From contig NC_043009.1 of the NCBI RefSeq assembly GCF_006345805.1, forward strand, positions 48,980,001-49,044,000: 64,000 nt of DNA, written 5' to 3'. The stretch is from Octopus sinensis (Eukaryota). Shown here piece after piece: positions 10,001 through 20,691 of this stretch. The stretch's first letter is position 1. Every line of letters starts with the position of its first letter. The position numbers were made by a program, and so were the translations under genes. Under the pieces are notes generated by a model. The model searched no databases. It was not told the DNA's origin and worked only from the letters and a program-made list of their open reading frames with translations.

Positions 10001-12381
10001 GTTCAAACCAGTTCAAACTGGTTCAAATGTCAGGAATGTCTGGAATGTCAGGAATATCTGGAATGTCAGCAATGTCTGGCATGTCAGAGATCAAAGACGG
10101 TGCCGACAAACCGGTTCAAAGCGAATCAAACCGGTTCAAACCGGTTCAAACCGGATCAAACTGGATCAAACCGGTTCAAACCGGATCAAACCGGTTCAAA
10201 TGTCAGGAATGTCTGAGATCAAAGACGGTGCCAACAGAGATCAAAGAGTGTGCCGACAAAGATCAAAGACGGTGCCGACAAACCGGTTCAAACCAGTTCA
10301 AATGTCAAGAATGTCTGAGATCAAAGACGGTGCCTACAGAGATCAAAGAATGTGCCAACAAACATCAAAGACGGTGCCGACAAACAGGTTCAAACCGAAT
10401 CAAACCGGTTCAAACCGGTTCAAACTGGTTCAAACCGGTTCAAGCCGGATCAAACCGGATCAAACCGGTTCAAACCTGTTCAAACTGGTTCAAACCGGTC
10501 CAAATCGGATCAAACCGGATCAAACCGGTTCAAATGTCAGGAATGTCTGAGATCAAAGACGGTGCCGACAGAGATCAAAGAGTGTGCCGACAAAGATAAA
10601 AGACGGTGCCGACAAACCGGTTCAAACTGTTTCAAACTGGTTCAAACCGGTTCGAACCAGTTCAAACTGGATCAAACCGTTTCAAACTGGTTCAAACCGG
10701 TTCAAACCGGATCAAACCGGTTCAAATGTCAGGAATGTCAGAGATCAAAGACGATGCCGACTGAGATCAATGATTGTGCCGACAAAGATCAAAGACGGTG
10801 CCGACCAACCGGTTAAAATGTCAGGAATATCAGGAATGTCTGGAATGTCTGGAATGTCAGGAATGTCTGGAATGTCAGGAATGTCAGAGATCAAAGACGG
10901 TGCCGACAAAGATCAAAGACGGTGCCGACAAATATCAAAGACGGTGCCGACAAACCAGTTCAAACCGGATCAAACCGGTTCAAATGTCAGGAATGTCAGA
11001 GATCATAGACGGTGCCGACAGAGATCAAAGAGTGTGCCGACAAAGATCAAAGCCGGCGCCGACCAACCAGTTCAAATGTCAGTAATGTCAGAATTGTCTG
11101 GAATGTCTGGAATGTCAGGGATGTCAGGAATGTCTGGAATGTCAGGAATATCAGAGATCAAAGACGGTGCCGACAAATATCAAAGACGGTGCCGAAAAAC
11201 CGGTTGAAACCGGATCAAACCGGTTAAAATATCAGGAATGTCTGAGATCATAGACGGTGCCAACAGAGATCAAAGAGTGTGCCGAAAAGATTAACCGGTT
11301 CAATTGTCTGGAATGTCAGGAATGTCTGGAATGTCTGGAATGTCTGGAATGTCAGAAATGTCTAAAATGTCAGGAATGTTCAAACCGGATCAAACCGGTT
11401 CAAATGTCAGGAATGTCTGAGATCACAGACGTTGCCGAAAGAGATCAAAGTGTGTGCCGACAAAGATCAAAGACGGTGCCGACAAACCGGTTCAAACCGG
11501 TTCAAACAAGATCAAACCGGTTCAGACAACATCAAACCAGATCAAACCGGTTCAAACTGGTTCAAACAAGTCCAAAGCGGATCAAACCGGATCAAACCGG
11601 TTCAAATGTCAGGAATGTCTAAGACGGTGCCAACAGAGATAAAAGAGTGTGCCGACATAGATCAAAGACGGTGCCGACAAACCGGTTCAAACCGGATCAA
11701 ACCGGTTCGAACCGGATCAAATCGGCTAAGATGTCAGGAATGTCAGAGATCAAAGACGGTGCCGACAGAGATCAAAGAGTGTGCCGAAAAGATCAAAGTC
11801 GGTGCCGATTAACCGGATCAAATGTCTGGAATGTCAGGAATGTCTGGAATGTCAAGATTGTGTAAAATGTCAGGAATGTCAGAGATCAAAGACAGTGCGG
11901 AGAGATCTCAAAGAGTGTGCTGACAAAGATCAAAGACGGTGCCGACAAACCGGTTCAAACCGAATCAAACCGGTTCAAACCGGTTCAAACTGGTTCAAAC
12001 CGGTCCAAGCCAGATCAAACTCTTTCGAACTGGTTCAAAATGGTTCAAACCGGATCAAACCGGTTCGAACTGGTTCAAACCTGTTCAAACCGGTCCACAA
12101 CGGAACAAACCGGTTAAAATGTCAGGAATGTCGGAGATCAAAGAGGGTGCCGACAGAGATCAAAGAGTGTGCGGAAAAGATCACTGACGGTGGCGATTAA
12201 CCGGTTCAAATGTCTGGAATGTCAGGAATGTCAGGAATGTCTGGAATGACAGGAATGTCTAAAATGTCAGGAATGTCAGAGATCAAAGACAGTGACGACA
12301 GAGATCAAAGAGTGTGCCGATAATGATCAAAGACGGTGGCGACAAACCGGTTCAAACCGAATCAAACCGGTTCAAAACGGA
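10001..12381 (+). repeat. Left modular minisatellite array of 10-bp TCAAACCGG[T/A], 9-bp GGAATGTC[A/T] and 22-bp GAGATCAAAG(ACGGT/AGTGT)GCCGACA modules
   Basis: The three unit types cycle in the order 10-bp block, 9-bp block, 22-bp block, with a variable copy number in each block. Confidence 0.95.
10001..12381. promoter_or_regulatory. Candidate homotypic TF-site cluster (Grainyhead/CP2, TEAD, TCF plus helper)
   Basis: The units match AACCGGTT/CNRG-N6-CNRG, ACATTCCW at a 3-nt spacer, and CTTTGAT plus RCCG. Function is inferred only. Confidence 0.5.
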
Positions 12382-15300
12382 TTCCCCTCTCAAATCCCCC
12401 ACTCTGGAATGTTCAACGAATCTTCCTCCCCTTCACCTCTCAAATCCCCCTCTCTGGAATGTTCAACGATCCTTCCTCCCCTTCCTCCCCTTCACCTCTC
12501 AAATCCCCCTCTCTGGAATGTTCAACGATCTTTCCATCACTTCCTCCCCTTCATCTCTCAAATCCCAATCTCTGGAATGTTCAACGATCCTTCCTCTCCT
12601 TCCTCCCCTTCACCTCACAAATCCCCCTCTCTGGAATGTTCAACATTCCTCCCTCCCCTTCCTCACCTTCATTTCTCAAATCCCCCTCTCTGGAATGTTC
12701 AAAGATCTTTCCCCCCCTTCCTACCCTTTAGATCTGATATCCCCCTTCCTACCCTTTAGATCTGATATCCCCCTTCTTCCCCTTCCTCCCCTTCTTCCCC
12801 CTTCTTCCCCTTCCTCCCCTTCCTCCCCTTCACCTCTCAAATCCCCCTCTCTGGAATGTTCAACTTTCCTCCCTCCCCTTACTCGCCTTCATTTCTCAAA
12901 TCCCCCTCTCTGGAATGCTCAATATTCCTTTCTCCCCTTCCTCCCCTTCACCTCTCCAATCCCCCTCTCTGGAATGTTCAACATACCTCCTCCCCTTCCT
13001 CCCCTTCACCTCTCAAATCCCCCTCTCTGGAATGTTCAACATTTCTCCTTCCCCATCCTCCCCTTCATTTCTCAAATCCCCCTCTCTGGAATGTTCAACG
13101 CTTCACCTCTCAAATCCCCCTCTCTGGAATGTTCAACTTTCCTCCCTCCCCTTCCTACCCTTCACCTCTCACATCCCCCTCTCTGGAATGTTCAACATTT
13201 CTTCCTCACCTTCACCTCTCAAATCCCCCTCTCTGGTATGTTCAACGATCCTTCCATCCCTTCTTCCACTTCATCTCTCAAATCACCCTCTCTGGAATGT
13301 TCAAAGATATTTCCTCCCCTTCCCCCCCTTCAGCTCTCAAATACACCTCTCTGGATGTTCAACATTCCTTCCTCCCCTTCCTCCCCTTCACCTCGCAAAT
13401 CCCCCTCTCTGGAATGTTCAACTTTCCTCCCTCCCCTTCCTCCCCTTCATTTCTCAAATCCCCCTCTCTGGAATGTTCAACGATCCTTCCACCCCTTCCT
13501 CCACTTCACCTCTCAAATCCCCCTCTCTGGAATGTTCAACATTTTTCCTCCCCTTCCTTCCCTCACCTCTCAAATCCCCTCTCTGGAATGTTCAACATTC
13601 CTCCTCCCCTTCCTACCCTTCACCTCTCCAATCCCCCTCTCTGGAATGTTCAACATTCCTCCCTCCCCTTCCTCCCCTTCATATCTCAAATCCCCCTCTC
13701 TGGAATGTTCAAAGATATTTCCTCCCCTTCCTCCCCTTCAGCTCTCAAATACACCTCTCTGGAATGTTCAACATTCCTTCCTCCCCTTCCTCCCCTTCAC
13801 CTCGCAAATCCCCCTCTCTGGAATGTTCAACTTTCCTCCCTCCCCTTCCTCCCCTTCATTTCTCAAATCCCCCTCTCTGGAATGTTCAACGATCCTTCCA
13901 CCCCTTCCTCCACTTCACCTCTCAAATCCCCTCTCTGGAATGTTCAACATTTTTCCTCCCCTTCCTTCCCTTCACCTCTCAAATCCCCTTCTCTGGAATG
14001 TTCAACATTCCTCCTCCCCTTCCTACCCTTCACTCTCCAATCCCCCTCTCTGGAATGTTCAACATTCCTCCCTCCCCTTCCTCCCCTTCATATCTCAAAT
14101 CCCCCTCTCTGGAATGTTCAAAGATATTTCCTCCCCTTCCTCCCCTTCAGCTCTCAAATGCCCCTCTCTGGAATGTTCAACTTTCCTCCTCACCTTCCTC
14201 CCCTTCATTTCTCAAATCCCCCTCTCTGGAATGTTCAACGATCCTTCCTCCCCTTCTCCCCTTCCTCTCTGGAATGTTCAAAGATCTTTCCTCCCTTCCT
14301 CCCCTTCAGCTCTCAAATCCCCCTCTCTGGAATGTTCAACATTCCTTCCTGCCCTTCCTCCCCTTCACCTCTCAAATCCCCTCTCTGGAATGTTCAACTT
14401 TCCTCCTCCCCTTCCTCCCCTCATTTCTCAAATCCCCCTCTCTGGAATGTTGAACGTTCCTTCCTCCCCTTCCTCACATTCACCTCTCAAATCACCCTCT
14501 CTGGAATGTTCAACATTTTTCCTCCCCTTCCTTCACTTCACCTCTCAAATCCCCCTCTCTGGAATGTTCAACGATCCTTTCTCCCCTTCCTCTCCTTCAC
14601 CTCTCCAATCCTCCTCTCTGGAATGTTCAACATTCCTTTCTCCCCTTCCTCCCTTTCACCTCTCAAATCCCCCTCTCTGGAATGTTCAACATTCCTCCCT
14701 CCCCTTCCTCCCCTTCATTTCTCAAATCCCCCTCTCTAGAATGTTCAACGTTTCTCCTTCCCCATCCTCCCCTTCATTTCTCAAATCCCCCTCTCTGGAA
14801 TGTTCAATGATCTTTCCTCCCATTCCTACGCTTCACCTCTCAAATCCCCCTCTCTGGAATGTTCAACTTTCCTTCCTCCCCTTCCTCCCCTTCACCTCTC
14901 AAATCCCCCTCTCTGGAATGTTCAACTTTCCTCCCCTTCCTCCCCTTCACCTCTCAAATCCCCCTCTCTGGAATAATCAACTTTCCTCCCCTTCCTCCCC
15001 TTCACCTCTCAAATCCCCCTCTCTGGAATGTTCAACTTTCCTCCCTCCCCTTACTCCCCTTCATTTCTCAAATCCCCCTCTCTGGAATGCTCAACATTCC
15101 TTTCTCCCCTTCCTCCCCTTCATTTCTCAAATCCCCCTCTCTGGAATGTTCAAAGATCTTTCCTCCCCTTCCTCCCCTTCACCTCTCAAATCCCACTCTC
15201 TGGAATGTTCAACATTCCTCCCTCCCCTTCCTCCCCTTCATTTCCCAAATCCCCCTCTCTGGAATGTTCAAAGGTCTTTCCTCCCCTTCCTTCCCTTCAG

Positions 15301-18300
15301 CTCTCAAATCCCCCTCTCTGGAATGTTCAACATTCCTTCCTCCCCTTCACCTCTCAAATCCCCCTCTCTGGAATGTTCAACATTTCTTCCTCACCTTCAC
15401 CTCTCAAATCCCCCTCTCTGGAATGTTCAACGATCCTTCCATCCCTTCAAAGATATTTCCTCCCCTTCCTCCCCTTCAGCTCTCAAATACCCCTCTCTGG
15501 AATGTTCAACATTCCTTCCTCCCCTTCCTCCCCTTCACCTTGCAAATCCCCCTCTCTGGAATGTTCAACTTTCCTCCCTCCCCTTCCTCCCCTTCATTTC
15601 TCAAATCCCCCTCTCTGGAATGTTCAATGATCCTTCCTCCCCTTCCTCCACTTCACCTCTCAAATCACCCTCTCTGGAATGTTCAACGATCCTTCCTCCC
15701 CTTCCTCCCCTTCACCTCTCAAATCCCCCTCTCTGGAATGTTCAACATTCCTTCCTCCCCTTCCTCCCCTTCACCTCTCCAATCCCCCTCTCTGGAATGT
15801 TCAACATTCCTCCCTCCACTTCATCCCCTTCATTTCTAAAATCCCCCTCTCTGGAATGTTCAAAGATATTTCCTCCCCTTCATTTCTCAAATCCCCCTCT
15901 CTGGAATGTTCAACATTCCTTCCTCTCCTTCCTCCCCTTCACCTCTCAAATCCCCCTCTCTGGAATGTTCAACTTTCCTCCCTCCCCTTCCTCCCCTTCA
16001 TTTCTAAAATCCCCCTCTCTGGAATGTTCAACGTTCCTTCCTCCCCTTCCTCCCCTTCACCTCTCAAATCCCCCTCTCTGGAATGTTCAACATTTTTCCT
16101 CCCCTTCCTTCCCTTCACCTCTCAAATCCCCCTCTCTGGAATGTTCAACGATCCTTTCTCCCCTTCCTCCACTTCACCTCTCCAATCCTCCTCTCTGGAA
16201 TGTTCAACATTCCTTTCTCCCCTTCCTCCCTTTCACCTCTCAAATCCCCCTCTCTGGAATGTTCAACATTCCTCCCTCCTCTTCCTCCCCTTCATTTCTC
16301 AAATCCCCCTCTCTGGAATGTTCAAAGATCTTTCCTCCCCTTCCTCCTCTTCAGCTCTCAAATCCCCCTCTCTGGAATGTTCAACATTTTTCCTCCCCTT
16401 CCTTCCCTTCACCTCTCAAATCCCCCTCTCTGGAATGTACAACGATCCTTTCTCCCCTTCCTCCCCTTCACCTCTCCAATCCCCCTCTCTGGAATGTTCA
16501 ACATTCCTTTCTCCCCTTCCTCCCCTTCACCTCTCAAATCCCACTCTCTGGAATGTTCAACATTCCTCCCTCCCCTTCCTCCCCTTCACCTCTCCAATCC
16601 CCCTCTCTGGAATGTTCAATATTCCTTCCTCCCCTTCCTCCCCTTCACCTTTCAAATCCCCCTCTCTGGAATGTTCAAAGATCTTTCCTCCCCTTCCTAC
16701 CCTTTACCTTTCAAATCCCCCTCTCTGGAATGTTCAACGATCCTTCCTCCCCTTCACCTCTCAATCCCCCTCTCTGGAATGTTCAACATTCCTCCCTCCC
16801 CTTCCTCCCCTTAATTTCTCAAATCCACCTCTCTGGAATGTTCAAATATCTTCCCCCCCCTTCTCCCCCTTCAGATCTCAAATCCCCCTCTCTGGAATGT
16901 TCAACATTCCTTCCTCCCCTTCCTCCCCTTCACCTCTCAAATCCCCCTCTCTGGAATGTTCAACTTTCCTCCCTCCCCTTCCTCCCCTTCATTTCTCAAA
17001 TCCCCCTCTCTGGAATGTTCAACATTCCTTTCTCCCCTTCCTCCCCTTCACCTCTCCAATCCCCCTCTCTGGAATGTTCAACATTCCTTCCTCCCCTTCC
17101 TCCCCTTCACCTCTCAAATCCCCCTCTATGGAATGTTCAACATTTCTCCTTCCCCTTCCTCCCCTTCATTTCTGAAATCCCACTCTCTGGAATGTTCAAC
17201 TTTCCTCCCTCCCCTTCATTTCTCAAATCCCCCTTTCTGGAATGTTCAACACTTCTTCCTCACCTTCACCTCTCAAATCCCCCTCTCTGGAATGTTCAAC
17301 GATCCTTCCATCCCTTCCTCCCCTTCATCTCTCAAATCACACTCTCTGGAATGTTCAACGAACCTTCCTCTCCTTCCTCCCCTTCACATCTCAAAGCCCC
17401 CTATCTGGAATGTTCAACATTCCTGCCTCCACTTCCTCCCCTTCATCTCTCAAATCCCTCTCTCTGGAATGTTCAAAGATCTTTCCTCCCCTTCCTCGCT
17501 TTCAGCTCTCAAATCCCCCTCTGTGGAATGTTCAACATTCCTTCCTCCTTTTCCTCCCCTTCCCCTCTCAAATCCCCCCTCTCTGGAATGTTCAACTTTC
17601 TTCCCTCCCCTACCTCCCCTTCACCTCTCAAATCCCCCGCTCTGGAATGTTCAACATTCCTTCCTCCCCTTCCTCCCCTTCCTCCCCTTCACCTCTCCAA
17701 TCCCCCTCTCTGGAATGTTCAACATTCCTTCCTCCCTTTCCTCCCCTTCACCTCTCAAATCCCCCTCTCTGGAATGTTCAACATTCCTTCAGCCTCTCCT
17801 CCCCTTCATCTCTTGAATCCCCCTCTCTGGAATGTTCAACGATCCTTCCTCTCCTTCCTCCCCTTCACCTCTCAAATCCCCCTCTCTGGAATATTCAACG
17901 ATCCTCCCTCCCCTTCCTCCCCTTCATTTCTCAAATCCCCCTCTCTGGAATGTTCAACGATCCTTCCTCCCCTTCCTCCACTTCACCTCTCAAATCCCCC
18001 TCTCTGGAATGTTCAACGATCCTTCCTCCCCTTCCTCCCCTTCACCTCTCCAATCCCCCTCTCTGGAATGTTCAACATTCCTCCCTCCCCTTCCTCCCTC
18101 CCCTTCCTCCCCTTCATTTCTCAAATCCCCCTCTCTGGAATGTTCAAAGTTATTTCCTCCCCTTCCTCCCCTTCAGCTCTCAAATCCCCCTCTCTGGAAT
18201 GTTCAACATTCCTCCCCTTCCTCCCCTTCACCTCTCAAATCACCCTCTCTGGAATGTTCAACATTCCTCCCTCCCCTTAATCCCCTTCATTTCTCAAATC

Positions 18301-20616
18301 CCCCTCTCTGGAATGTTCAACATTTTTCCTCCACTTCCTTCCCTTCACCTCTCAAGTCCCCCTCTCTGGAATGTTCAACGATCCTTTCTCCCCTTCCTCT
18401 CCTTCACCTCTCCAATCCCCCTCTCTGGAATGTTCAACATTCCTTTCTCCCCTTCCTCCCCTTCACCTCTCAAATCCCCCTCTCTGGAATGTTCAACATT
18501 CTTCCCTCCCCTTCCTCGCCTTCATTTCTCAAATCCCCCTCTCTGGAATGTTCAAAGATCTTTCCTCCCCTTCCTCCTCTTTAGCTCTCAAATCACCCTC
18601 TCTGGAATGTTCAACATTCCTTCCTCCCCTTCTCCTGTTCACCTCTCCAATCCCCCTCTCTGGAATGTTCAACATTCCTTCCTCCCCTTCCTCCCCTTCA
18701 CCTCTCAAATCCCACTCTCTTGAATGTTCAACATTCCTCCCTCCCCTTCCTCCCCTTCACCTCTCCAATCCCCCTCTCTGGAATGTTCAACATTCCACCC
18801 TCCCCTTCCTCCCCTTAATTTCTCAAATCCCCCTCTCTGGAATGTTCAAATATCTTTCCCCCCTTCTCCCCCTTCAGATCTCAAATCCCCCTCTCTGGAA
18901 TGTTCAACATTCCTTCCTCCCCTTCCTCCCCTTCACCTCTCAAATCCCCCTCTCAGGAATGTTCAACTTTCCTCCCTCCCCTTCCTCCCCTTCATATCTC
19001 AATTCCCTTCTCTGGAATGTTCAACATTCCTTTCTCCCCTTCCTCCCCTTCACCTCTCAAATCCCCCTTTCTGGAATGTTCAACTTTCCTCCCTCCCCTT
19101 CCTCCCCTTCATATCTCAAATCCCCCTCTCTGGAATGTTCAACATTCCTTTCTCCCCTTCCTCCCCTTCACCTCTCAAATCCCCCTCTCTGGAATGTTCA
19201 ACATTTCTCCTTCCCCTTCCTCCCCTTCATTTCTCAAATCCCACTCTCTGGAATGTTCAACTTTCCTCCCTCCCCTTCCTCCCCTTCATTTCTCAAATCC
19301 CCCTTTCTGGAATGCTCAACACTTCTTCCTCACCTTCACCTCTCAAATCCCCCTCTCTGGAATGTTCAACGATCCTTCCATCCCTTCCTCCCCTTCATCT
19401 CTCAAATCACACTCTTTGGAATGTTCAACGAACCTTCCTCTCCTTCCTCCCCTTCACATCTCAAAGCCCTCTCTCTGGAATGTTCAACATTCCTGCCTCC
19501 ACTTCCTCCCCTTCATTTCTCAAATCCCCCTCTCTGGAATGTTCAAAGATCTTTCCTCCCCTTCCTCCCTTTCAGCTCTCAAATCCCCCTCTCTGGAATG
19601 TTCAACATTCCTTCCTCCTCTTCCTCCCCTTCACCTCTCAAATCCCCCGCTCTGGAATGTTCAACATTCCTTCCTCCCCTTCCTCTCCTTCACCTCTCGA
19701 ATCCCCCTCTCTGGAATGTTCAACAATCCTTCCTCCCCTTCCTCTCCTTCACCTCTCAAATCCCCCTCTCTGGAATGTTCAACATTCCTTCAGCCTCTTC
19801 CTCCCCTTCACCTCTCGAATCCCCCTCTCTGGAGTGTTCAACGATCCTTCCTCTCCTTCCTCCCCTTCACCTCTCAAATCCCCCTCTCTGGAATGTTCAA
19901 CGAACCTTCCTCTCCTTCCTCCCCTTCACCTCTCAAATCGCCCTCTCTGGAATGTTCAACATTCCTCCCTCCCCTTCCTCTCCTTCATTTCTCAAATCCC
20001 CCTCTCTGGAATGTTCAAAGATCTTTCCTCCCCTTCCTCCCCTTCAGCTCTCAAATCCCCCTCTCTGGAATGTTCAACATTCCTTCCTCCCCTTCCTCCC
20101 CTTCACCTCTCAAATCCCCCTCTCTGGAATGTTCAACTTTCCTCCCTCCCCTTCCTCCCCTTCATTTCTCAAATCCCCCTCTCTGGAATGTTCAACGATC
20201 CTTCCTCCCCTTCCTCCCCTTCACCTCTCAAATCCCCCTCTGTGGAATGTTCAACATTTCTTTCTCCCCTTCCTTCCCTTCACCTCTCAAATCCCCCTCT
20301 CTGGAATGTTCAACATTCCTTCCTCCCCTTCCTCCCCTTCACCTCTCCAATCCCACTCTCTGGAATGTTCAACATTCCTTCCTCCCTTTCCTCCCCTTCA
20401 CCTCTCGAATCCCCCCTCTCTGGAATGTTCAACAATCCTTCCTCCCCTTTCTCTCCTTCACCTCTCAAATCCCCCTCTCTGGAATGTTCAACATTCCTGC
20501 AGCCTCTTCCTCCCCTTCACCTCTCGAATCCCCCTCTCTGGAATGTTCAACGATCCTTTCTCCCCTTCCTCTCCTTCACCTCTCAAATCCCCCTCTCTGG
20601 AATGTTCAACATTCCT
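12382..20616 (+). repeat. 8.2-kb C/T-rich satellite, ~59-bp monomer (about 140-150 copies by length)
   Basis: Monomer is approximately CCCTCTCTGGAATGTTCAACATTCCTTCCTCCCCTTCCTCCCCTTCACCTCTCAAATCC. Length varies mainly by gain or loss of TTCCTCCCC. Confidence 0.97.
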
Positions 20617-20691
20617 TCTTTGATCTTTTCGGCACACTCTTTGATCTATGTCGGCACCGTCTTTGACATTCCTGATATTTTAACCGGTTTG
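20617..20691 (-). repeat. Inverted 75-bp fragment of the flanking-array sequence at the right junction
   Basis: The reverse complement is CAAACCGGTTAAAATATCAGGAATGTCAAAGACGGTGCCGACATAGATCAAAGAGTGTGCCGAAAAGATCAAAGA, closest to 11216-11291. Confidence 0.9.

Noticed and set aside
9987-12200. Cys-rich (CQECLEC) or MSG-repeat peptides suggesting a metallothionein or repeat protein
   Set aside because: They arise from the 9-bp unit. The 10- and 22-bp units shift frame constantly and the same peptides appear in every frame.
12382-20616. CRISPR-like array (constant partly palindromic core with variable intervening sequence)
   Set aside because: The intervening segments are near-identical variants of one sequence rather than unique spacers, there are no cas genes, and the context is eukaryotic.
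12382-20616. NF-kB site in AAATCCCC(C)
   Set aside because: Only a half-site (GGGGATTTGA); the terminal CC of GGGRNWYYCC is missing.
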